Positions 50,872 to 60,230 of a DNA stretch of 64,000 nucleotides are shown here, piece by piece. The DNA comes from Cyanophyceae cyanobacterium (GTDB lineage Bacteria; Cyanobacteriota; Cyanobacteriia; Cyanobacteriales; Laspinemataceae). The stretch is taken from assembly GCA_038321985.1 (NCBI GenBank), contig JBBQFN010000003.1, forward strand, positions 192,001 through 256,000. The letters are read 5' to 3'. Positions within the stretch are counted from its first letter, which is position 1. Each line of letters opens with the position of its first letter. Position numbers and translations under genes: made by a program. Under the pieces are notes generated by a model that saw nothing but the letters and a program-made list of their open reading frames with translations, did not search any database and was not told where the DNA came from.

Positions 50872-51402
50872 TTAGCCCAGAGGAGTCATAGTGGCAGGAC
50901 AAGTTGGTTGTACTGCTGCACTGGCTGGTGCTACCGCATCCGCAGGGGCAGTTATACCTGCATCCTTGGCTTCACATACTACGGCGGATGTTACGCTCTC
51001 TGCACCTGCCGCTGCGGCTGTTGCAAATACCCCACCCGTGTAACCTTTGAGAGTGGCTATTTTCGCAGTTGCCTTATTTTGGCCGGCTGTATCGGCACCA
51101 GCTACTGTGTACTTATAGTTCACAGTTTCCTCTTTCTGACCTATACCGAGGGATGTCATTTTATCAGTAAATTTGCCCGCCTCAAGATAGAATGCTTGCT
51201 GTGCACGGTTCATTGCACCAATACTGTTACGGGCTTCTACTTGCTTTGCTTTATTCGTTTGACTGAGCAGCGAAGGTAGTGCAACCGCAGCTAGAATTCC
51301 GATAATAATGACGACAACCAGCAGCTCGATTAAGGTAAAACCTTCTTCACGTTTTTTCAAGTTGATGTGTTGCAGGAATTTGGCTTTAAATTCGGTCTTC
51401 AT
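50872..51402 (-). CDS. pilA: Type IV major pilin (PilA1-like)
   Basis: Class III signal peptide EEG|FTLIELLVVVIIIGILAAVALP, MNRAQQAFY, C-terminal Cys pair, strong SD AAAGGAGA. Confidence 0.92.
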   Translation of the reverse strand: MKTEFKAKFLQHINLKKREEGFTLIELLVVVIIIGILAAVALPSLLSQTNKAKQVEARNSIGAMNRAQQAFYLEAGKFTDKMTSLGIGQKEETVNYKYTVAGADTAGQNKATAKIATLKGYTGGVFATAAAAGAESVTSAVVCEAKDAGITAPADAVAPASAAVQPTCPATMTPLG

Positions 51403-51457
51403 AAGAATTATGTCTCCTTTGGGTGTGGGATGCTTGCTTTCTAACTCCTGAAAATAA

Positions 51458-51464
51458 CTTACCC
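51458..51464 (-). promoter_or_regulatory. SigF-type promoter element GGGTAAG of the pilin gene
   Basis: GGGTAAG about 55 nt upstream of the pilin ATG, the motif known for SigF-dependent cyanobacterial pilA1 promoters. Confidence 0.65.
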
Positions 51465-51512
51465 AGTTTCTTTCGGATTCATATCATCCTCAGTTAAATT
51501 TTTCCATCTATT

Positions 51513-52838
51513 TCAGGTAGAACGCTCTAAAAGCACGTATAGAAAGACTTCTAGGTCGCTCAACAGTTGTTTGATTTCTTCAAACGCCGCTTTGTGACTG
51601 ACTGGAGCTAGGGTCGCAGGATCCACTGGCCGGATCTGAATCCACCGTTCCACTAAGTCGCTCACAGGCTGCTCTTTTTCCCAAAGAGGAAGCAGGCAAG
51701 CAGCTAGACTACTTTCGACATAGATAGGACTGAGGCTTGTAGTAGTCAGATACTTACTGATTTCAAACGGTCGGCGATTAGATATGGATTGAAGTAGATC
51801 TGCTTGCAATGTAGGATTCCGGAGTTGAGGATGCAGATGGACCCAAGCACTCTGCCAGTCGCCATCTGTCCAGTCTAGAATGGTTGCTACAGTTTGCTCG
51901 GGGGTGGTATGAGCGCACCAAAAGTCTAGGAGGCGGTGAATCGGATGCAACAATTCAAAAAGGTGTAACTCCTCTTCCACGGATAGCCCAGGTAAACTCA
52001 TTGCGAGAAAAGTAGGTAAATCTTCGGGGTCTTGAAACAGTTCTGACAATTCCCATCTGCGCCAGTTCACCATGCCGAGCATTTCTAGTCCAGCGTCTCT
52101 TAATGCCGCAAACAGTTGAGGAATTGTATATCCTTTGTCTCCCTGAAACAAATAATTCATCATATAATACTCGGAGTCATCTTCCTGCTTTGCTTTCCAT
52201 GTTGCTTTCTTAAGAGATACTTCATCTCTGAGTGCTTTCAGAGTCTCTCGAACGATGGATACCTCTAATTCTCCCGGATTATCATCCATTAAACCCATCA
52301 TTTTAAATATTTTTTGAGCGCGAAAATAGGAGTCCCGTGCTATTGAGCTATGTAAATTACTCCGAATAATGCCTTCTGGCTTAAGTACGGACTTCATGGC
52401 TTGCAGTCCGATCACTGGACTTGGCAAAAGATACAAAACTTCATCATTGTTAATATAGTCAAATTTCATGCCTAACTGGGGCAACTCTTCAATCGGCATG
52501 ACATAAAATTCAGCATTGTCAAATCCGTAATACTGAAGACGTTCTCGCGCTAGATTAACAGATTCTTGGGACAAATCAATACCCACTATTTTTGCTCCCG
52601 GGTTAGCTTCTGCCAAGGCTAATGCTTTATAGCCGCTTCCACACCCAGCATCTAAAATTAGTTTTCCTTTGGGATCAATTATTTTTTTGTTTTTCAAATA
52701 ATAGGGAGTAGCTAAATTATGAATAAATAAGAAATTATAGTCTTCTTTTAGAGATGTTTCTAATGGAATTCTTGGATAAGGACCCGTTTCAAATTGTTGG
52801 CGAATTTTTTCTTGTAACTCAGAATTTTCACTATTCAT
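51513..52838 (-). CDS. Class I SAM-dependent methyltransferase
   Basis: ILDAGCGSG, VGIDLS, FDYI, LKPEG motifs; immediately upstream of the pilin. Confidence 0.88.
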   Translation of the reverse strand: MNSENSELQEKIRQQFETGPYPRIPLETSLKEDYNFLFIHNLATPYYLKNKKIIDPKGKLILDAGCGSGYKALALAEANPGAKIVGIDLSQESVNLARERLQYYGFDNAEFYVMPIEELPQLGMKFDYINNDEVLYLLPSPVIGLQAMKSVLKPEGIIRSNLHSSIARDSYFRAQKIFKMMGLMDDNPGELEVSIVRETLKALRDEVSLKKATWKAKQEDDSEYYMMNYLFQGDKGYTIPQLFAALRDAGLEMLGMVNWRRWELSELFQDPEDLPTFLAMSLPGLSVEEELHLFELLHPIHRLLDFWCAHTTPEQTVATILDWTDGDWQSAWVHLHPQLRNPTLQADLLQSISNRRPFEISKYLTTTSLSPIYVESSLAACLLPLWEKEQPVSDLVERWIQIRPVDPATLAPVSHKAAFEEIKQLLSDLEVFLYVLLERST

Positions 52839-53079
52839 TTTTGTAGAGTTCCCTATTTTCTCGATTTACTGTGTAAAATAGAATCCCGAAAGGCCTTCAT
52901 CCATAATTTATCTTGGTTATGAAATGGGGATTTGTGTTTAGGAAGGCACAAAAGTATTAAGAAGAAAATTTAAAATTGAATTAGGTTAACCTGAAAATTT
53001 GGGGCGAAATTGCCTTGGATTCAGCTTAATTACCTCATCAATCAGCCATTTTCTGATATCAGATAACATCTATTTCCAA

Positions 53080-53613
53080 TTAATTCCCTTCAATAGTTCC
53101 TCCCGTAGCCGGAGCATTTTCCCCCCCTGTTTCCGGAACGAGCAGATTTGGCACTCCCAAACCATTAGCGGGCCGATCGCCACTGGGTAGCTCGAATAGG
53201 TCACCGGAACTGGGGATGGTGGCTAGGGCGACCCGATCGCCTCCTACGGACCTCAGCAAATCCAGCACCTGCATCACGTCATTATAACTGGACATCTTTG
53301 ATGCCGAAAGCACAATCAACCCCTCGGGTCTGGCTCTTTTATAAGTCAACAATAACTGATACAGTTGCTCCCGGCTGACGGGCTGTTTATCCACATAAGT
53401 TTGTCCGAGTTGGTCTACGCTGACAAACAGTTTCAATTCTTGCATCTGCACCGTGCCCGTCTCGGCTTGGGGCAAATCTACATTCACCGCCTGTTGGCGG
53501 GTGAGTTGCAATGCCGCCAGGATGAAAAAGGTCAAAATACAAAAGATGACGTCGATTAGCGGAATCAACTCAATCCGAGCTTCTTCCGTTTGTGACTCAT
53601 AGTTAATCTTCAT
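53080..53613 (-). CDS. exbD: ExbD/TolR biopolymer transport protein
   Basis: IELIPLIDVIFCILTFF TM motif, VDLPQA, YNDVMQVLDLL. Confidence 0.9.
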   Translation of the reverse strand: MKINYESQTEEARIELIPLIDVIFCILTFFILAALQLTRQQAVNVDLPQAETGTVQMQELKLFVSVDQLGQTYVDKQPVSREQLYQLLLTYKRARPEGLIVLSASKMSSYNDVMQVLDLLRSVGGDRVALATIPSSGDLFELPSGDRPANGLGVPNLLVPETGGENAPATGGTIEGN

Positions 53614-53682
53614 CAGGCGATCGCCTCCCAGAAATTCAAAGGGGTGAATGGCAAGCCGGAGTTATTCCCCTGCTGCATTTAA

Positions 53683-54504
53683 CTAATTCGACTGGTCCGA
53701 GGAATTTAAACCATCAATCTTGTTGGCTCGATCCTGGGGCTGATCCCCTAGTTCTGGGTAGCCTTTACTATGATTCACCGGCCCTTCTGGTTTAGCACTG
53801 AATCCTGGATCTGGAACTGTTCTAGATGCCCACGCGGCTGGATTTTCCGGTGCACCACTCCGATTGTGGTGGATTTGGCTCCAATATTGGCGATAGAGCA
53901 ACTCTAGCTCATTCCCGCATTTGCGGAAAATTTTGATTTGGTTAACGAGCAAGCCTTGAAATAGGCGATAGAAGGCTAAGCTCGTAATCGCGACAATCAG
54001 ACCAAATGCGGTACTGATTAGGGCTGAACCGATGCCGGTGGTGACTCCTGCGGTGGCTCCGGTTCCGATATCTCCCAGGCGGATCGAACCGAGAGATTCA
54101 ATTAACCCCAGGACGGTACCGAGCAATCCCAGCAAAGGCGCGATCGCAATTACTGCTTCTAAGAGTTTATCACCCCGGCGCATACTGGCGATTTCTTCCT
54201 CGGCCCCTGCCTCTAGTGCTAGCCGAAACACTTCAGGGTCGGCATTTTGCAATCGCAAGGGGGAATGAAGAAATCGGCCGATTGGACGCTTACTGGCTTG
54301 TCTAGCAACTTCCTGGGCGACTCGCCAATCATATCGTGCGGCTTCGAGGACGCGATTGGCGGTTTCTTTTTCTTTGCTGACGACGGTCGCCCAAAACCAA
54401 CTGCGCTCTAATATTGTGGCGACCGCTAGTATGGATAGAATCCACAAGGGCCACATCGAGACGCCGCCTTTTTCAAAAATATCTTGGATTGTGTCTATGT
54501 TCAC
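53683..54504 (-). CDS. exbB: ExbB/MotA/TolQ proton channel protein
   Basis: [37 protein letters not shown]. Confidence 0.9.
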   Translation of the reverse strand: MNIDTIQDIFEKGGVSMWPLWILSILAVATILERSWFWATVVSKEKETANRVLEAARYDWRVAQEVARQASKRPIGRFLHSPLRLQNADPEVFRLALEAGAEEEIASMRRGDKLLEAVIAIAPLLGLLGTVLGLIESLGSIRLGDIGTGATAGVTTGIGSALISTAFGLIVAITSLAFYRLFQGLLVNQIKIFRKCGNELELLYRQYWSQIHHNRSGAPENPAAWASRTVPDPGFSAKPEGPVNHSKGYPELGDQPQDRANKIDGLNSSDQSN

Positions 54505-54755
54505 AGTGTTTAGGGTCCTCCGTCAATTCCGATCGCCTGGGCTGGGAACTATCATCAACTCATCGTCTAGGATCTCTAATTGGAGAAATTTACGATACTT
54601 TACAACCCGTCTAAGAGGATTCGGTAGAATTCCACAATAGAGTAGGCGCTTGGGTGCCTACGGGAGTTTTACCGCGAACCCTTGGCTCACTCATCTACGA
54701 TACTAAAAAGATGCCTTCTTTGGGGTCTAAGTGTCCCCTGTTCTGTGTTCTTATT

Positions 54756-55823
54756 ATGAAAATCAGTGAAATAATGCCTCGATGGTTGCCTTTGGGATTC
54801 GCCTTCCCCTTAATTTTCCTCAACAGTTGGCTGTTGCTAGTGGCGTTTGATTATTTTGACAAGATCATCAGTATCCTGCTTGCAGCCTCGCTCCTGGCCT
54901 TTATTTTGGATTATCCAGTGAATCTGCTGGAGCGATACGGGGCCAAACACACCCCAGCGGTGATTTTAGTTTTTCTCTTGACCTTGCTGACTTTGGTAGG
55001 CTTGGGGATCACGTTGGTGCCGATCGCCTTGGAGCAATTGACGGAGTTAGCGAACCGATTGCCCATTTGGATTAAATCTGGTGCGGCCCAACTCCAGACG
55101 CTCCAAGAAATCGCGATCGCCCGAAATTGGCCGGTAGATCTCAGTGGATTGACGACTCAACTCACCGAACGCCTTTCGGGTCAGTTGCAAAACCTCACGG
55201 GTCAAGTCCTGAATTTTGCCGTGGATACGGTCAGTCGCATCTTTGATGTGGTGGTTACCGTTATCTTGACGTTCTATATGCTCTGGCGCGGACGGAGCCT
55301 TTGGGAGGGCTTATTACAATGGTTGCCTCCCCGTCTGGCAAAAGAGATGCGGTTCTCTCTGGGCAAAAATTTCCATAATTATTTTGTGGGTCAAGTCACC
55401 GTGGCTTCTTTAATGGGAGTCTCTATGACTTTGGCATTTTTGGTGCTGCGGGTTCCCTTTGGGCTGTTATTCGGTTTAGTCGTGGGTGTTTTGAGCCTAA
55501 TTCCGTTTGGGGCCGGTTTAAGTATTAGTTTGGTGAGTGTCTTAGTTGCGTTTAATAATTTTTGGCTGGGGGTGAAGGTTTTAATTGTTTCTGTGGCGAT
55601 CGAGCAAAGCATCGAAAGCGGAGTTGCACCGCGGTTGTTGGGGGGATTTACAGGTCTCAATCCAGTCTGGGTACTCATTTCGCTGTTGATCGGTGCGAAG
55701 TTGGGAGGAGTGCTAGGGGTGTTGATTGCAGTTCCCCTGGCGAGTTTTATCAAAAGTACAGCAGACAGTTTGCGATCGGAACCAGACAGTCCAGCGGTTG
55801 TGGAAGTGTCGAGTGCTCACTGA
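54756..55823 (+). CDS. AI-2E (PerM/UPF0118) family transporter
   Basis: LAFILDYPV, YFVGQ, LIPFG, PRLLG..GLNP, GVLIAVPLA. ATG 54756 preferred. Confidence 0.88.
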   Translation: MKISEIMPRWLPLGFAFPLIFLNSWLLLVAFDYFDKIISILLAASLLAFILDYPVNLLERYGAKHTPAVILVFLLTLLTLVGLGITLVPIALEQLTELANRLPIWIKSGAAQLQTLQEIAIARNWPVDLSGLTTQLTERLSGQLQNLTGQVLNFAVDTVSRIFDVVVTVILTFYMLWRGRSLWEGLLQWLPPRLAKEMRFSLGKNFHNYFVGQVTVASLMGVSMTLAFLVLRVPFGLLFGLVVGVLSLIPFGAGLSISLVSVLVAFNNFWLGVKVLIVSVAIEQSIESGVAPRLLGGFTGLNPVWVLISLLIGAKLGGVLGVLIAVPLASFIKSTADSLRSEPDSPAVVEVSSAH

Positions 55824-55954
55824 GACTAGCTTGAGCGGGTTTCTATGAGTTGAATAATAAAAAGAGCGATCGCCTTCTTGATGATTCAGGAGGGCGATCG
55901 CTTGTTTTAAGGGGTGAGTTGGGTGAGGGGTGCGATCGGCCCCCAACAAGGGGC

Positions 55955-56059
55955 TTATTCTTCTGAGCCTTGAATTTTGAGTAATGCGAAACCGAGCACT
56001 AAACCAACCATGACTAAGGCAAAGGATAAAAAGGCTGTCGTGAAAATTTCACCAGTCAT
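55955..56059 (-). CDS. petM: Cytochrome b6f complex subunit VII (PetM)
   Basis: MTGEIFTTAFLSFALVMVGLVLGFALLKIQGSEE (34 aa) with AGGAG upstream; it lies inside the longer called ORF. Confidence 0.9.
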   Translation of the reverse strand: MTGEIFTTAFLSFALVMVGLVLGFALLKIQGSEE

Positions 56060-56234
56060 CGTTATAATTTCTCCTAAATTTATGGGATGAGGACAAGTTC
56101 TAGCCAGACTGCTAAACCAATTGCGGTTTAAACCCGCACGGAGTATTGTAGAACACTTCGCGTCTGCTTCTGTCGGTAACTGCGCGGTGGTTTTGGGCAG
56201 GGCGATCGGCCCTGTGCCGTTTCGTCCTCCAGAA

Positions 56235-56555
56235 CTAGCCAACGAGACCAAACAGCTTGCTCAGGGTGGGTAGGTATTTTTCCGCAAATTCCGCCAGTTT
56301 GCTGGCATGACCCACGGTAGCGGAGATTCCTTGCAGGGCATCTAAAGCCATCCCAGCAATATCTTTATCCCGTTCTTCCGGAGGCTTTTTCCCTTCTTTG
56401 GCGAGAGTTTCCACCGCTTTGAGCGCCCGTTTCTGCTGATTTTCTGCCAGGGCCGGATCCGTGGTAATCGATTGTTGCAAATTGGTCAAAATATTGACTA
56501 AATCTTGACCATTTTCGGACTGAACGTCGTGGAGTTCCTAAATGGTATGGCTCAC
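56235..56555 (-). pseudogene. Gene fragment resembling the helical C-terminal tail of cyanobacterial repeat proteins, with an in-frame stop
   Basis: Frame reads VSHTI*ELHDVQSENGQDLVNILTNLQQSI...LPTLSKLFGL, with TAG at 56538-56540 and no credible start. Confidence 0.5.
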
Positions 56556-56680
56556 TTTTCTAAAAATTTCACTATCCTGGATAACCCTCGACAATATGGT
56601 GGCGTAGATTTTCTACCGGAGGTTAGATCCCTTTGTCCACCCACGATTGTAGCATTAGCGATGGAGGCATAAAAAAATCT

Positions 56681-58126
56681 ATGGAAATTCAGACACCTGA
56701 TTGGGTTAAACACGCGGTTTTTTATCAAATCTTTCCGGACCGCTTCGCGCGAGGGACTCAGCCTCGCGAGTTACTCTTAAAGCATAGCCGATGGGAAGAT
56801 TGGCACGCTATTCCTACTCTGCAAGGATATAAAGGGGGCAATCTCTGGGGGGTTGTAGACAAACTGGACTATTTGCAGGAGTTAGGCATTAATGCAATTT
56901 ATTTTACCCCCATTTTTCAATCGGCCAGTAACCACCGTTATCATACCCATGATTACTATCAGGTGGACCCGATGTTGGGGAAAACAGGGGCGTTTCGAGA
57001 ACTACTGCTAGAGGCACATCAACGGGATATTAAGGTGGTACTGGATGGGGTCTTTAACCACTCTAGCCGGGGCTTTTTCTTTTTTCATGATGTATTGGAA
57101 AATGGCTCTCATTCTCCCTGGGTGGATTGGTTTAAGATTCATGGCTGGCCCCTTTCTCCGTACAATGGTGATTTTCCGGCCAATTATGAAGGGTGGGCGG
57201 ATAATCGGGCTTTGCCGGTGTTCAACCACGACAATCCAGAGGTGCGGGAATACATTATGGAGGTGGCGGAATTTTGGATTAAGTTCGGGATTGATGGGTG
57301 GCGGTTGGATGTGCCGTTTGAGGTGAAAACGGAAGGGTTCTGGCAGGAGTTTCGCGATCGCGTGAAAGCGATTAACCCCGAGGCTTACATTGTTGGCGAA
57401 GTCTGGCATGATGCCCGTCCCTGGTTGGATGGCACTCAGTTTGATGGGGTGATGAATTATCTGTTTACTGGACCCACTATTGCCTTTACCGCAGGCGATC
57501 GCGTTGATTTGAGTCAAGTCAAGGACCGGGACTATCAAATTTCCCCTCCGATGTTTGCCGGGGATTATGCGGAAAAAATGCAGCAGTTGTTGGAAATGTA
57601 CCCCTGGGAAATTCAACTGACTCAGCTTAATCTCCTGGCTTCTCATGATACGGCACGGCTGCTTTCTATTGCCGGAGATGATAAACCGTCGGTAGAGTTA
57701 GCAACTCTGCTATTAATGACCTTCCCCGGTGCTCCGAGTATCTACTATGGGGATGAAGTCGGTTTAGCCGGTCGTCTGGATCCTGACTCCCGTCGCGGTT
57801 TTCCTAAGCAAGAGAATTGGGACCAGGAGGTGCTGGACTATCACCGCCAACTGATTAACTTACGTCATGCTCATCCGGCTTTGCGGACTGGCACTTACAA
57901 GATATTATCCGCCCAGGGAACTCTCTATGTCTTCGCAAGGCAGTTACCAGAGGAAGAACTAATTGTGGCTGTCAATGTCGGTACGGATGCCTGTGAGCAG
58001 ACGGTGGATATCTCTGGGTTGAACTCTCATCCTGAGAAACTGTTATATGGGAGCGCCCAAGTGTCTTGGAATGATGACCAGTTGAATTTAACGGTCCCCC
58101 CCCGTCGTGGGTGCATTTTGGGTTGA
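56681..58126 (+). CDS. GH13 neopullulanase/cyclomaltodextrinase-like alpha-glycosidase
   Basis: FYQIFPDRF, SNHRYHT, DGVFNH, DGWRLDV, VGEVW, LASHD, YYGDE. Confidence 0.93.
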   Translation: MEIQTPDWVKHAVFYQIFPDRFARGTQPRELLLKHSRWEDWHAIPTLQGYKGGNLWGVVDKLDYLQELGINAIYFTPIFQSASNHRYHTHDYYQVDPMLGKTGAFRELLLEAHQRDIKVVLDGVFNHSSRGFFFFHDVLENGSHSPWVDWFKIHGWPLSPYNGDFPANYEGWADNRALPVFNHDNPEVREYIMEVAEFWIKFGIDGWRLDVPFEVKTEGFWQEFRDRVKAINPEAYIVGEVWHDARPWLDGTQFDGVMNYLFTGPTIAFTAGDRVDLSQVKDRDYQISPPMFAGDYAEKMQQLLEMYPWEIQLTQLNLLASHDTARLLSIAGDDKPSVELATLLLMTFPGAPSIYYGDEVGLAGRLDPDSRRGFPKQENWDQEVLDYHRQLINLRHAHPALRTGTYKILSAQGTLYVFARQLPEEELIVAVNVGTDACEQTVDISGLNSHPEKLLYGSAQVSWNDDQLNLTVPPRRGCILG

Positions 58127-58146
58127 GGGAATGGAGGCAGCAACCT

Positions 58147-58174
58147 TAAAGGCACGGCAATGCCGTGCCTTTAC
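58147..58174. repeat. REP-like palindrome
   Basis: TAAAGGCACGGCA-A-TGCCGTGCCTTTA perfect hairpin between convergent genes. Confidence 0.6.
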
Positions 58175-58251
58175 CCATGAGGGGAATATTTTAGGTTTTG
58201 GACTTCCCGAGTGCGATCGCCTCAGACAGGCTACCCAGTCGCCTCCCGGCA

Positions 58252-58665
58252 TTATGCCGAAACTAAACTGGGAATCAATACCTTATCGATCTCATGAATC
58301 ACCCCATTGTCCGTAAGGCGATCGGCACTCAATACTTTAGCATCGTTAATCTGAATCCCCTCTGAAGTATCAACTCCTACCAATGAACCTTCCACAGTTT
58401 CGGCTGAAGCTAACTCCTCCAGATTATCCGTGCGCACGTCTCCATTCAAAACGTGATAAGCGAGGATTCTCTTCAATTTGGGGATATCTTCCATCCAATT
58501 GGCAATGGTATTAGCAGGCAGTGTGGCGAAGGCTTCGTCTGTGGGTGCAAAGATGGTATAGGGTCCTGGACTCTGAAGCAGATCAAGGAGATCAGCAGAT
58601 TCTAGTAAGGTCATCAGAGTTTTGAATTGCCCCAGTTCACTAGCGGTTTCTATCAAGTCAGCCAT
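58252..58665 (-). CDS. Fasciclin (FAS1) domain protein
   Basis: GPYTIFAPTDEAF, ILAYHV, NGVIHEIDKVLIP. Confidence 0.92.
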   Translation of the reverse strand: MADLIETASELGQFKTLMTLLESADLLDLLQSPGPYTIFAPTDEAFATLPANTIANWMEDIPKLKRILAYHVLNGDVRTDNLEELASAETVEGSLVGVDTSEGIQINDAKVLSADRLTDNGVIHEIDKVLIPSLVSA

Positions 58666-58757
58666 GAGTTATTTCTCCAGTAAATAAGATTTCTGTTTAG
58701 AAATAACCTAAAAAACCGCCCATCGACCTCTTTCAAGAGGAGGAAATTAGAGGTGAA

Positions 58758-59738
58758 TTATTGACTGACGGTAATTCCCCGATCGCGGAGTTGTTGAACA
58801 AAAAACTCCTCTAGGGAAACACCTTTCAAGTCAATTTTAATCAGCTTACCCCCCATGAGTTGCAAGCTGGCGAGGAAATCCTGGGGCGAACCTTTTAAAT
58901 GTCCTTGCCATTGGTCCTCTTCTAAGTCCAAGTCGGGTAACCACTGTTTGAGCACTTCTAAATTCCCCCCCGTCCCTTGGACAAAATAAACGTCGGAAGT
59001 TCCCAGTAAATCTTTGAGGGAACCGGAGCAAATCAATTCACCTCCTGCGAGGATGGCAACGCGATCGCAAATTTTCTCAACATCAGCCAGGATGTGACTG
59101 TTAAAAAAAATCGTTTTCCCTTGCTCTTTCAAAGAAATGATAATCTCCCGCATCTGATAGCGTCCCAATGGGTCTAATCCAGACATCGGTTCATCTAAAA
59201 AGACCACATCGGGATTGTTAATCAATGCCTGTGCCATGCCAATTCGCTGCAACATCCCTTTAGAATAGTGGCGCAAGAGCTTATTGCGAGCGGCGGATTT
59301 GGCAATACCCACCAGATCCAGCAAGTCAGGAATCCGCTGGCGCTGTTCCTTGGCAGGAATTTGAAATAAATTAGCCGTAAAGGCCAAAAATTCCCAGCCG
59401 GTTAGATACTTATAAAAATAAGGATTTTCTGGGAGATAACCGATGCGTTCTCGGACGGCGCGATCGCCCAAGGGTTTCCCTAAAAGTAACCCGCGACCCC
59501 CACTCGGACGCAAGATTCCCAGCAATATTTTGAGTAGGGTCGTTTTTCCGGCCCCATTTGGGCCGAGTAACCCAAAAGTTTCCCCCTCATACACGGTTAG
59601 GGTGCAGTTTTTGAGGGTTTCGACTTGTTTGTTCATCCAAAACCCGGTGCGGTAAGCCTTTCGCAATTGAAAGGTATCGATCGCGGGCATTCGCTCAGTG
59701 GTTATCGGTTCGGCAGGCCAATCAACAACAGAATCCAT
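58758..59738 (-). CDS. ABC-2 type transporter ATP-binding protein
   Basis: GPNGAGKTT, YSKGMLQR, FLDEPMSGLDP, NSH. Confidence 0.93.
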   Translation of the reverse strand: MDSVVDWPAEPITTERMPAIDTFQLRKAYRTGFWMNKQVETLKNCTLTVYEGETFGLLGPNGAGKTTLLKILLGILRPSGGRGLLLGKPLGDRAVRERIGYLPENPYFYKYLTGWEFLAFTANLFQIPAKEQRQRIPDLLDLVGIAKSAARNKLLRHYSKGMLQRIGMAQALINNPDVVFLDEPMSGLDPLGRYQMREIIISLKEQGKTIFFNSHILADVEKICDRVAILAGGELICSGSLKDLLGTSDVYFVQGTGGNLEVLKQWLPDLDLEEDQWQGHLKGSPQDFLASLQLMGGKLIKIDLKGVSLEEFFVQQLRDRGITVSQ

Positions 59739-59932
59739 GTCCGTTTCCCAATTTCATGCAACCTAATCTAGTTCTATCTTGTACCGAATTTACCCCATTT
59801 GCTTAATTTTACTTCCTTCAGGGGCAAGATTTTACTCGGGGTATGGGATTTTAGGAGAGATGCGCACTTCTTAAGAGGCTCTTGGGTAGTCTTTGTCTTT
59901 AGCCAGACTCAGAGGGCTTACTTCCCCGGGAT

Positions 59933-59957
59933 AACGACTAACATCGTTACTACGAAC
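59933..59957. repeat. Degenerate single copy of the AACGAC..GTCGTTACTAC REP
   Basis: AACGACTAACATCGTTACTACGAAC matches the arms at 37908-37974 with few mismatches. Confidence 0.65.
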
Positions 59958-60047
59958 TCTCGGCTTCAGGCTTTAGCCTTGATGCTTTTTCTCCTGCGGG
60001 CCCGACTCCGAAATAGAATAGTCTCAGGATCAAGAGGAAAAAATGCA

Positions 60048-60230
60048 ATGGATCGGTCTAAAGTTGTAGCTATCATTACGGGTGCGATTTCCATTTTGCT
60101 GGCGATCGCCTACCTAGTCGTCGTGCAGTTGCTCGATTTTCGGGGTGAAATGTTGCCAGCTCCTATGGATTTGGGAACCTCCATCCCCTCTACCTTCCTA
60201 ACCCTAGCCACCTTTGTCAGACTTCTATGA
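60048..60230 (+). CDS. Small conserved-type cyanobacterial membrane protein (60 aa)
   Basis: MDRSKVVAIITGAISILLAIAYLVVVQLLDFRGEMLPAP; GAGG upstream; overlaps the next start. Confidence 0.75.
   Translation: MDRSKVVAIITGAISILLAIAYLVVVQLLDFRGEMLPAPMDLGTSIPSTFLTLATFVRLL

Noticed and set aside
55955..56251. 98-aa ORF as called
   Set aside because: Only the last 34 codons match PetM and have their own SD; the extension is spurious.
59799..60047. N-terminal extension of the 143-aa ORF
   Set aside because: It runs through a REP copy and promoter-like DNA; the real start is probably ATG 60048.
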